Shown here in pieces: positions 11,190 to 22,225 of a stretch of DNA of 38,838 bases. Made by a program: the position numbers and the translations under genes. A model generated the notes under the pieces. The model saw only the letters and a list, made by a program, of their open reading frames with translations. It was not told where the DNA came from and did not search any database. The number at the start of each line of letters is the position of its first letter. Position 1 is the stretch's first letter. Source of the DNA: Octopus bimaculoides (lineage: Eukaryota); contig NC_068987.1 of NCBI RefSeq assembly GCF_001194135.2, positions 50,005,461 through 50,044,298 of the forward strand. Reading direction: 5' to 3'.

Positions 11190-11233
11190 TATACTTATGT
11201 GTATGTGTGTGTATAAATATATATATATATATA
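10771..11233. repeat. Compound (AT)n/(GTAT)n microsatellite
   Basis: About 460 nt low-complexity tract with a pure (AT)n run at about 11100-11185. It explains the Y/I/H/M-rich spurious ORFs. Confidence 0.97.
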
Positions 11234-12841
11234 AATAATGTGGTGACTTGTATCTGCATATAAAGGGCAGCAGACAGCATTCTTTAAACTCTATAACAAA
11301 GCTGTATCTGAAAAAGGTAAAACTTAAATTAGAGCATATTGGCTAATCTTTATGATATTTATATATTTAATGTATATGTATATGGTGTATTATTTAATTT
11401 AGTTCAAAATTTAAATGCTGCTACATATGTACATCTGTTTTCTGTCCTATAGGAGATTACTTCAAGCTATTTTTGAATGGCTGCATGATGAACTCTCATA
11501 ACAGAGAAAACAGGTGTTCATGTATAGTAGTATTTAACTAAATTATGTAATCCACTCTGCTAGCCTGCATTGAGTCCTTTCTACGTTTGTGGTTTATCTT
11601 GTTCATCAGACAAGTATTAACCAAAAAAAAAAAAAGCGAATAAATAGTATTATCACCATTCTAAAGTATTCTTCTTAAGGATTTAAAAAAATATTTTCCT
11701 TATCTCCAACTTTGAAATTGATTCAAAGATAAAGGAGGAAAATTGTATTAAGAACATTTTAAATGATAAAGGAGAGATAGAAGAGAAAGCTCTTCTCACT
11801 TCTCTGTTATAAATGTGGTTTCACATAATTTTTGCTTTTGTCTTTGTAAGACATTAAAAAAAATCAATAAGAAAAAGTTTATTTTTTCTTCTATGGATCT
11901 CTATTTCTTAAAATGTAGTATCTACGAAAACCGAACACTTTCGTTTGTATTTTGGTTTAAGAGTTCAACTTTTTTTCCAATTTTTTCTTTTTATATATTT
12001 TAAAAAAAATTTTTTACTGGAATATTTTGAATGTGAAAAAAAAATTTCTATTCTTACTTCTGTGGTATTGAAAAGAGACAAAAAACTTAAAACAATTTTT
12101 AATTTCCATTTATTCACAAACAAATCAGATTGCCTTTTATTAGGTTTTTTTTTTAAGTTTCCTTCTTGCAATATTTTATTTTAAAAAGTTTTTTTTTTTT
12201 TTTTTAGAAAACAACGAAATATTTGAATATATGTTTATTTTCCTCCTTTTTCTTCTTTATTTCTTTAACCTTACAGAATATTAAGATTTTTGGGTTGGAA
12301 TTAATTCATTCTATACTGTTTCTGCTGTCAAACTTATTAAATATCAACATAGTCAATGAACAATGGGAAAAATATGCCACCAGTGTATGTTTGGAAGTTC
12401 ATGTTTCGTACATATTTATAAGCCCTTTATGCAAATTTTATATATCTTCAGCAAGATTTTCTACTTGTTTAAATCAGTCTGTCTTCCACTGATCTCTATA
12501 AAACCTAACTAGTTGCATTGATATTTATCTTCTTTCAGAATCCTGTGATATTTTTTAAAATCTATTCATTCTTAATAAGTTCTGGCAGATTAAAACATGA
12601 ATATCTAATCACTGTTGTTTTACATCATTAGAGAACACCTCTTCCCTTTAGGCAGTATAGGTTCATAACACACACACAGTTAATCAGAATGAGTGAATTT
12701 TGAAATAGTGTTTCAACCTCATTGTGTGTCTCATCAGTCAAAGTTAACGTGTCGGACTGATGACTGATGAATCTCACAAGAGCATGGAGTTCTTGTTTAT
12801 AACAATCAACAAATTATTTGCTAATGTCTGCCAGACAGATA

Positions 12842-13025
12842 ATAATTCATGGGGTTCATACAGAACAGCAAGAATCCAAACAATAATGTATCTATTCATT
12901 CTTAATACTTTCTGGAACATTCAAATGTAATTATATGACCACTCAAATCTACCAGAATGTATGAAAAATTAATTGATATGTTATTGTTTGGATTCTCATT
13001 ATTCTGCATATACCCCATGAATTAT
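12842..13025. repeat. Imperfect inverted repeat (74-nt arms, 36-nt spacer)
   Basis: 12842-12915 versus 12952-13025: 60/74 positions complementary, without gaps. Confidence 0.9.
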
Positions 13026-14664
13026 GTTTTTGATCTATTTCCAGTCAATTTGTTTTCTCTACTCAATTCAAGTTCACTGATTTCTTTCTTAGTCTGAGAC
13101 AAAATTGTCTCCATTATATATACCCTCATTCTTTATTCTATTCTTCTCTTTCTGTGTTTCTCTCCCTTTTGTTTTTTTGAAGGAATATCTTCTATAACTC
13201 TCAGTTGCTATCATGTATGTATAGTACTTCCATTTTGACTAGCAAGTGTAATTCCATGAAAACTGATCCTTCATTAGTTTACTTCCCTACTATTTTTTTT
13301 CTCTTCACTTAAAACACCTCTATTATTTAACCCTTTGCAAATTGAGCTCAGTTGAGTTTAGTTGTCATATTGTTAAAACTAGCAAAACTAAATATATTAA
13401 ATGAAGGTTTTATGATTGTATTTGTTTATATGAAATGTTTTTATTTAGATGTCTAGTTTTTTTTTAATGACAGTATTACAAGTAATACAGTCATATGTGT
13501 ATCTTTTGTGTGTTTATATGTATATTTTCATATATATGTGTGTGTGCGTGATCATACTCAAATTTATTGATTTTATAATGGTGCTGTATTGTTTGTTAGC
13601 ATTAGACTTATCTGATATTCTATTTTATTTTTGAATTCAAAGTCTCATTATTGTCTAGAGCTCTACTAGCTTTTGATTCTATACTGTCTGGTAATAATAT
13701 TATATAAACTGCTAGATTGTAGATTGGTGCTATGATAAATTTCAGTTTCTGGTGCTGTATTATCGCTTTAGATTTAGACTGGTGCTATATCACTATACAA
13801 ATTCTCTCTATCTCTTCTTATTGTCTTTACTTACATATACAATGCATACTGTCTCTACATTTTAGTATTAGATGTTAACCTTCTCTTTAGAGACCAAAAT
13901 GCATTTAACTTTAAAGTGTTTCTCATATCCTGGGATAGTGCAACTTTTTCATTCCTTATTTTTCTGAAACACATCTAAGAAAATATCAACTTTTCCAGTA
14001 CTGAAAGTGGTTTTCTGTTTTCTCCCCCCCGCCCCCCTCCAATGCTTTTAGATTAGCAGCAAATTTTAGATAGACTGTCTCGTGCAGGTTTATGTTGGTT
14101 ATCTGATGTTCTTAATTTCCAGAATATCATGTAAATTTAAGCATAATAAGGAAATTCAACACATTTTAGTAAAACTAGTACAGTCTGAGGAAACCAGTTG
14201 TTCTGCTTATGCAAAAGTAATGCAAACCAAAATTTATTTCACTGTTTGAACTGTTGTAAACGTTTTTGGGTGTGATTAGCTGGGTTTACTTACAGTTATC
14301 TTTTTTTTTTTCTTAGGAAATATACCCACCATGCCTAGTTTTTCTTTCTTTCTCCCACTTTCTGTATGTTCAGTAAAATGCTCTCTTATGAAAAGAACTT
14401 CAACTGCTTCATTTTAAATTATTAAGTCACATTACTATTAAAGTAAATGTGAATAGTTGTAAGTAGAATTTTTTAAACAAAATTTAAGAGCACTCTACAG
14501 CAAGTAGAGTACAAATTTCTTATGATGTAAAGTTGTCTGCTTTTCTATTATTTGAAGTTTCATGCTGATGTAGCAATCTTCAGAGTGATTATCAGCATCA
14601 TCTGATTATTTGGCAGGGAAATTTGGAGTAATGTAAATGTAGTCAACTTTAATTATAATATTGA

Positions 14665-14987
14665 ATGTGTGTGTGCACATGTATGCATATACTCATACAC
14701 ACTCACACATGTATGTGTATATATGTATGTATGTATGTATGTACGTACACATGCATGCACATATATATGTATATATATATATCTATGTACATATATATAT
14801 GTATATAAATATGTATGTATATGTGTGTATGTATGTAAAATAATTAATGTATGTATGTATATAAGGCTTGCTTTAATACATGTATCTGCCACTTTTACTG
14901 TTGATTCTTTCATTTTGGAAAGTCAACATATTGAAGGACTATTACTACTTTTTGTATATGTATGTATTGTATAGACAGACATATAGG

Positions 14988-15025
<38 letters not shown>

Positions 15026-15332
15026 NNNNNNNNNNNNNNNNNNNNNNNNNNNNNNNNNNNNNNNNNNNNNNNNNNNNNNNNNNNNNNNNNNNNNNNNNNN
15101 NNNNNNNNNNNNNNNNNNNNNNNNNNNNNNNNNNNNNNNNNNNNNNNNNNNNNNNNNNNNNNNNNNNNNNNNNNNNNNNATATATAATAGGAAGGGCATT
15201 CAGCTGTAGAAACCTTGCCAGATCAGATTGGAGCCTGGTGCAGCCTTCTGGCTTGCTAATTCTCAGTCAAACCGTCCAACCCATGACAGCATGGAAAGCG
15301 GATGTTAAACGATGACAGTAATGATATATATG

Positions 15333-15363
<31 letters not shown>
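14665..15363. repeat. Compound AT/GT microsatellites around an assembly gap (N at 15026-15179)
   Basis: (AT)n on both sides of 154 Ns, (GT)n at 15342-15363 and a mixed tract at 14665-14865. Confidence 0.95.
15185..15325 (+). mobile_element. Family B 3' fragment next to the assembly gap
   Basis: TAGGAAGGGCATTCAGCTGTAGAAACCTTGCCAGATCAGATTGGAGCC...GCATGGAAAGCGGATGTTAAACGATGA. Confidence 0.8.
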
Positions 15364-15365
<2 letters not shown>

Positions 15366-17038
15366 TTTTTTGTTTCTTCCTTAAAACATGTTTAATGTAA
15401 AATAACATGCCTCTCTGTTACATGCAGACATTTAGGTCATTTGTTGTATTTACAAGCCTAGTTTTATTCTAAGAATTGGCCTTAGCTGGGATCTTGTTAT
15501 TGTGTTGAATATAATAGAAATATAGAAATAAAATAGATAGTGGATCTGTTTGTATTTAAGTATGAATACTAGTATTTACCAATTCTAAAGAGTTGAGGGA
15601 CTGTTTGATAATGCTAAATAAGTAATTAATTTGTTTTCTGCTAACTTTAAATTTGACAGAATTGGAATATTATTTTGAAATATTAAAATTACAGAGCATT
15701 AAAAAAAAAAAAAGGAAAAAAAAAATTTCAACAAAAAATTTAATTTTTATAATTAACTTTTTACAAATTTAAAATAAGTACATCCTTTATTTGATATTTT
15801 TGTTCAGTATTAGTTTGATTTAACTTCCTAATTAAGATTAATCAAGTCTGGATTTCGTTTGTAGCCATGAAATGAAATAGAATCACTAGAATTGAAAGAA
15901 ACTAGTTGTGGTCTGTGTCAAGAAATGAGTGAAAAGCATGAAAAAGTTATTTTGGTGAAGCATGAGAAAAAGTATCTCTTATGTTTGGCAGGGGTTGTCA
16001 TCAAAGAGTTGCTCTTGAAGCACTCACTAAGTGTAAGATATTTCTTTTCATGCCATACTAACATACCTTGCATCTTTTTTTCTGTTTTTTTTTTGTTGTT
16101 TTTATTTTTTACAATTATTTTCATCTTTTAATAACTGTCACCATGTTTTTTCCTTCAAGCATTGACATACAGTTTCTCAGATTTCTTTGGATAGTTTATT
16201 GTATTTATGAACTTGAAAGTGCATCTCATATTTTTGCACTAAAACTTCCTCTCAGCTGTTACAAAATAATATTACACTGTCATGTTTCGGGGTATCATTT
16301 TCAATTTTATAGGTTATGATACCTTGATTTTCTTGGATTAAAACCGAAAGGCTCTTGAATAGAAAAGAACAACTCCACACAGTACATGTAATATTAATGT
16401 TAAATTGAATCAAGTTTCTTAGTGGTTCCATGAAAGATTTTAGAGAATTGGCTTCATATATTTTCTCTAAAATAATGGTCTAAAAAAATTGTTTGCAAAT
16501 GGCCTACATGAATGTTTCAAATAAACAAAGCTTTATCAATTTTCATAATTGTATTTGGTAAAGTACAGGATTTCCTACTAGTCAGCTGTCTTTGTTTGAA
16601 TGAATGTAGCCCACCATCTTTTGAGCTGAGCTTGTTTTGGATTAAATTTGGACAGCCATCATAATATTACTAGTGAAATCTGGCGAAGACTTTGTTCAAA
16701 GTTGTGGATGTATGTAATGTATTCATGTAAATATCCATTATGTATAAATATTTGGATGGATACAGAGACAGAAATAAAGATGTTAAACAAATGAACAGAA
16801 ATTAAAAATTTCAAATTCTAGAAACTCTAAATTCACATGTGACGTGAATCTTAATTCTTTCTCCATTTGAAATGATTTGCTGTAAAATGGCTTCATTATC
16901 TTAATCCTTTTTATAACAAATACCAAATGAACTGTTATTTCAAACTCAAACTTTAGACTTTTCAATCTGGAATAAACTGACCTTGAATGTTGTACAACCC
17001 TTAGTAAGATTATATGTGCTGTGTGCAGCTGTAGTGAG

Positions 17039-17075
<37 letters not shown>

Positions 17076-18109
17076 GTATGTAAATAGCTAGATAACAACA
17101 GTAATATATGTAGTCCTTGTAAATTATGCAATTTCAGCTTGCTGCTGCTCACCTTGATCTACAGCTCTTCGTTGCTTATATACCTCTTAACTGTTACTTT
17201 CTCTAAATGAAAATCTCATCTGTGACTTCAGCCTAGACACGGATTATTGCTTATTACACTCCTCATGTACTTTCTAATTTGTAAGTGTAAGCTTTTGTTT
17301 CATTATTATTATTAATCTTATATGTGTAGTTTTCAATGAGTTCTAAAATGGACTTGTGAAATTTCTTTTTAAACAAATGAAATCCAGCTTGACAAAAACA
17401 AAACAAACAAACAAACAAAAAAAAGAATTAACCATACATCTTTTCTTTTTGTGAATGGATGTTTTGATAATCATTTTTAAGTAGGAATCAAAATGAATAA
17501 AAATTTTTAACTTTTAAACTATTTTTTCTACAAGTTGTCTGATTTGGCAGTATATGTTTCTTAATTCAGGTATTTTACAGTGTTTTGTAGTCCTAAATAT
17601 ATATGTGTATGTACATGTGTGTGTTAATGCATATATATTATATATAGCAGGTGTATAGACTAATGCATATATAAAAATGCATTCATGTAAGAATGCATCA
17701 AGTAAATTACAACACTATTTTCATATAAGAAAAGTTAATTTTTCTTTTTGGTACCCTTAAGACCAAAAACCAGTAAAATAATTCAAATATTGTGACAACT
17801 TTGTAAACTTTTTTTATTACATCAGACCCTTTGCTCCAGTTACTGCAAGCCATGTCAGTATGAAAAAACAGGACACAATGAAAGATATTTTGAATCCTAT
17901 TTATTTTATTTTCAATAGATATCAATGGGTATAGAGTTAATATAAACTTGTTCCAGCTTTCTGAACAATAAAGCTCATCTGTAGTCTGTTGTTTTGTTCC
18001 ATATTTTTACAATCTTAAAATACCCTATTCCTACATTTTATGCACATACACATATATTCACACATACATACATACATGTATATATGTATATGCATGTGTG
18101 TGTGTGCGT

Positions 18110-18288
18110 GCAATCTGTGGAGAGATGTGCTTTCAGTTGGAGGATTGAAAATGCATGTCAAAAGATTTCACACTGTGGTACCTTTTCCTTCTGACAGCCA
18201 GCACAGGTGTGCATTATGCAATAGAATGTGCAAATCTTTGGCTGGGCTCAAGAGTCATATGAGGGCTTCACATTGCATCATTGCATAA
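18110..18288 (+). mobile_element. 3' end of an RTE-like LINE ORF (terminal CCHH motif)
   Basis: HRCALCNRMCKSLAGLKSHMRASH* (18208-18288) resembles the C-x2-C-R-x-C-x-S-x2-GL-x-SH-x-R tail of RTE ORFs. RIEN appears just upstream in a shifted frame. No TGEKP linker and no acceptor. Confidence 0.5.
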
Positions 18289-18335
18289 TTATTCTTTCTA
18301 GCAATAGCTTTGTTCATATATGAGAAAGCAGCTAC

Positions 18336-18377
<42 letters not shown>

Positions 18378-18583
18378 CACACATACACACGCACACATAT
18401 AAAATATGCAGGGGACTGGATTTAAAATTCAGGATTTTAAAGTTTTATGTTAACTATGCCATGAGTCTCTTCAAATGCTGTGCTATAGAAATAGAGCATG
18501 TCTCTATATTTAAAACCTAGATGACAGATTATCTGCAAACATATAAGTAGTGCACCTAACAATTATCAGAGAACAGACCAACT

Positions 18584-18618
<35 letters not shown>
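18336..18618. repeat. (TG)n/(TA)n/(CA)n microsatellites
   Basis: Compound tract at 18336-18400 and (AT)n at 18587-18618. Confidence 0.9.
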
Positions 18619-18622
<4 letters not shown>

Positions 18623-18974
18623 AAAAAGGCTGAACATTTTGAAATTGTATTTTCACCTTATGTTCATATGTTGAATTTAAGAACTTAATAACACTTGAAT
18701 AAGCAAATTGGTATGTAGTGTAGTTTGTAGAACACAAAAAGTGAAAACAGTAACAACACACTAATACTATAAGGTTTCTAATTCCAAATTAGTATTAGGG
18801 TAAAAAGATATGCAAAGAAAGCTGTTATCTCTTCTTTGCTACTAAGCTGCTGGAGATTTTATTTTTTAAAAATTACTTTTTAAAATAATTATATTTTTTT
18901 TCTTTTCTTTCTTTATAAAAAACAGAAACTTTATATTTTAATTCTTGCAACATGTATTGTGTGAAATACTTATA

Positions 18975-19340
18975 GGCGCAGGCATGGCTGTGTGGTTTTA
19001 AGATGGTCATTTCACAACCACATGGTTCTTGATAAAATCCACTGCACGGCACCTTGGGCAAGTGCCTTCTGCTATAGCCTTGGATTGATTAATACCTTGC
19101 AAGTGGAATTTGGTAGATGGAAACTGCAGAAGTCTGTCATGTGAAAATGTATGTGTGTGTGTTAGTGTCTCTCTGTTTACATTGTTTTATGTCATGTTCC
19201 TTTATGGTTTGTATCTTATTGGTTCAACGAATAAAGTTTGATTAAATAAGTACTGGGGTTGATAGGTTTTGACTATAAAAACCTTTTAAAAGCAGTGCTC
19301 CAGCATGGTCATTGTTCAGTGACTGAAAACAGTAAAAGAA
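18975..19340 (+). mobile_element. SINE family A, diverged copy
   Basis: Same head, core and tail order as 27751-28128. Confidence 0.8.
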
Positions 19341-19980
19341 TGTGCATTTATATTTGATTTTAGGGAGAAAAGAAATTTTAAAAGTTTTTTTTTGTTTTGG
19401 TTCTTTTTTTTTAATATTAGTATTTTTTGTTTGTTACTTACTGAAGAAAAAAAAACTTTAAAAATTCTTTTGTTTGGGGTAGGGGAAATGCTTTCCCCTC
19501 CCTTTCTTATTTTAAAATGTTTGTGTGTGTTTGTGTGAATGAGTGATCCCATGAAGAAGAAAACTATTACCTCTGTCTAAAATCATTGTGGGATGAAAAA
19601 TATTTGAAAAAAAAAAAATGAAATAAAAATGAATTAACTACAAAGATATGTTCTCTTTATTTTATTTATTTATTTTTTTGTTTAAAATAATTTACTTCGA
19701 TCTAAGGAAATCTAAAAAAATGAATCAAAAAGATTACTGAATATAATGTAAGCAATTTGTAAGGTCTTTGATTATTTTAATCTTTGTTCAATAATTATTT
19801 TGGTATTAATGACATCTAGGGATATGGTATTTCATTATGCAACCATAATATACTCTAAAGAAGTATATTAAACGTTTTTATAAGTCAGTACCATGTTCTA
19901 CTGTGTTAAAATTATTTTGGTGGTTGGTCAGTGCGTTGATAACATACAAGGTTATATATTTCATGAGCTGACAATTGTTA

Positions 19981-20098
19981 CAGGTTGGGTCAAAAGTCAC
20001 AAAGTCTGATTGCACATTGCAATCTGTGAACATAATCTGGTGGCTTTAGCTGTTGCACCAACTGCAATTTTATACTTTGTGACTTTTGGGCCACCCTA
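19981..20098. mobile_element. 118-bp TA-flanked Tc1/mariner-type MITE
   Basis: TA at 19979-80 and 20099-100. TIRs of about 25 bp: CAGGTTGGGTCAAAAGTCACAAAGT versus ACTTTGTGACTTTTGGGCCACCCTA. Confidence 0.75.
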
Positions 20099-20164
20099 TA
20101 CAGCTCAACTCTTAATTCCTCTTGAGTTTGATAAAACCAGTATATTGATTATCAAGTGACGACA

Positions 20165-20600
20165 GTATCATCATCATTTAATATCCATTTTCCATCTTGC
20201 ATAAGTTGAACAATTTGACAAGATCCAATGAGCTGAGATGTGGGTGGGTGGAGTCAAGCTAATCAATGGCTTCTACAGATGGATGCCTTTCTTAATGCCA
20301 ATCATTTTACAGTGTTGGGTGCTTTTTTTGTAACAACCAGCACGAGTAAGGCCACAAAGTAACTTGCATGACAAGGAAAAACTCCCCCTTAACTGAGTGG
20401 AGTTGTAGCAGAGAGGGAGGTAGCTTTATACCATGTGTTGAGAAGCCAAAGTATGGTAGAGGGATAGCCATAGGTATGGCTACACTGCATTACATAATGA
20501 TGTGTGAGAGTAGCTGGAAAGGTCAAGATGTTGGTGATGTAGCATTTATGAAGAAAGCAAACATGTAAAAGTGGATATTGAAACATGATGATGATGATGA
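20165..20600 (-). mobile_element. Family B copies (reverse), with a second tail near 20560-20600
   Basis: ATCATCATCATTTAA...TTCTACAGATGGATGCCTTTCTTAATGCCAA...CCAGCACGAG. Confidence 0.6.
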
Positions 20601-20639
20601 TTTTGACTTTCATTCATTTCTTTAGTATTCCAAGTTGCA

Positions 20640-21060
20640 AAAGCTGGAGATAGCCCAGTCAGTGAAGTTAGACTGAAAGGGCAAGAGTCACTGTTGATGA
20701 GTTGTGTCTTAGAATTAAGGTTGTAGGGAAATCAATTAGATCACAGATAAGCAGAAAATACTCCTTTGGTAGGACTGCATGTACAAATAAGACAAACCCT
20801 GGAATTAACTGTAAAATGAGAGATGTTGTTTATCAATTAAAATGTTTGGAAGGTAAATGTGGGAACTCAATCACTGCATATATTGGGGAAACTACCAGAA
20901 GCATAACAAAAAGAATGAAGAAACAGAACAAATGCTGTGATAAGAAACCTATGTGAGACTCTTCTCAGCATGCCAAGGATAACATAGACAAAGATCCTTT
21001 TGATATATCCATATGATGCATCTTTATGGCAGATATGGAAGATCGCACTAATAAATAAAT
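20640..21060 (+). mobile_element. Penelope-like retroelement fragment (GIY-YIG endonuclease)
   Basis: ORF 20702-20956 contains C-x7-C...VVYQLKC...C...YIGETTRSITKRM, the GIY-YIG signature of PLEs. Degraded downstream. Confidence 0.8.
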
Positions 21061-21639
21061 GGAAACTATCATTTACTAAAAAAAAAAAAATACTTAAAAT
21101 GTAGTGACCACTGTACCATACTGATGTATTTAAACACAGAGCTATTGTGCATGCACAGAACTGTTTTGCATGTCTGTGAGAATTGAAGTCAATCAGGTAT
21201 CATCCTTATTTCTTGGAGTTATTGGAATAAAGGATGAAATATCATTAAACTGTAATTCGATCTATACCATCCCATAAACAAATATCACAGCTGATCAATA
21301 TATGCACACACATGCACTGAAATCTACATATAATACATGCACACAAATGCAGTCTAGTCAAAAAGACAACCACTTGATAAAGATAAAGAAATATTTTACC
21401 ATCCATACTCTTCATAAATCCCATATCATACATATACACAAATGTGCACATGCAGACAGACGTTCTCTCTAATGCACTTACTCAGGAAATGAACTATTCA
21501 ACACAACCATACATTTGCATGCTCACATACACACACACCTGAGGGCAATGTATGAATGTGCACTCATGCACATGCACTCTTTCCATTCCCCTCTCATACA
21601 TTTTCACCAACATCCATACACCTACATAAATATAGAATC

Positions 21640-22225
21640 AAAACATGAAAAGATAGATCTGGATCCTTTGAAAAAAAAATTCAGGCGTGCATTGTTGTAC
21701 TACTCACTTCTTCACAGCCAGTTTCACTTCAACTACATCATCAAATTGTTTTCCCCCAAAGACTGTTCTTCTTTAGACCGAGCAAGTAGAAGCCAGAAAA
21801 TAACAGATCCTAGCTGTACAATAGATGGGGAACCACTGACCAGCCCAATTTGCTGCTTGTCTGATTTGTTGCCAATGATGTACGTCTTTGTGCATTTTCA
21901 TGGTGATTGTGGATCATTTTCAGTTTCTTGTTCAGTCTCTTCCTTCTAATGGCTTCTCTAAGCTGCACATTGCACTGCTCTTGAACTTATGCTTTGGAAA
22001 AAAGATGTGACACCTTTCCATGAACTGATCCTTCATTTTTGGATTGTAAAGATATATCTAGGTTTCATCCCCTGTCACCAGAACAGAAATAAAAAAAAAA
22101 ACTTGTCTTCATTCACTTCAGACATCTCCAGTTGATCAGAGCAGATCCCTAAATTTCTTTCCTTCAAATCAGGTCTCAACTCTAAGATATCCAAATTGCA
22201 CATGCTTTCTGATACCCTTCCAACA
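21640..22225 (-). mobile_element. Mariner transposase fragment (catalytic region, internally deleted)
   Basis: The minus strand reads across stops and frameshifts as ...ICSDQL...VTGDET*IYLYNP...HHENA...LGWSVVPHLLYS*DL...LWGKQFDD..EVKLAVKK...PEFF. No TIRs seen. Confidence 0.8.

Larger units (their letters stand above)
10400..17990 (+). other. Putative long 3' UTR of 4E-BP
   Basis: Follows the stop codon. Nearly free of the SINE/MITE copies that crowd both flanks, U-rich, carries miRNA seed sites, and ends at AATAAA 17967-17972 followed by GTCTGTTGTTTTGTT. Other AATAAA at 11639, 15527, 16520, 16773, 16971 and 17496. Interrupted by an N gap. The extent is inferred. Confidence 0.45.

Noticed and set aside
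10505-11280. Several long ORFs (up to 175 aa) rich in Y/I/H/M/C on both strands, and similar ones at 14653-15315 and 25416-25658
   Set aside because: They are translations of (AT)n/(GT)n microsatellites, which lack stop codons.
11452-11514. Acceptor-like gttttctgtcctatag followed by AG|gtgttc as an extra 4E-BP exon
   Set aside because: The donor is poor, no 4E-BP-like peptide results, and the TOS motif already terminates the protein at 10399.
12755-12775. CTGATGACTGATGA as a C/D-box snoRNA or hammerhead
   Set aside because: No terminal stem, no properly placed D box or GAAA, and not intronic.
18208-18273. Isolated C2H2-like motif as a possible exon of a second zinc-finger gene
   Set aside because: No TGEKP linker or acceptor, preceded by microsatellite, and the residue pattern fits an RTE-type LINE C-terminus better.
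21100-21180. CTGATG near the Penelope fragment as a second hammerhead
   Set aside because: The core reads CTGATGTA, with no GAAA partner and no flanking stems.
21515-21949. 144-aa ORF on +
   Set aside because: It is the antisense of a mariner transposase relic plus CA-rich low-complexity sequence.
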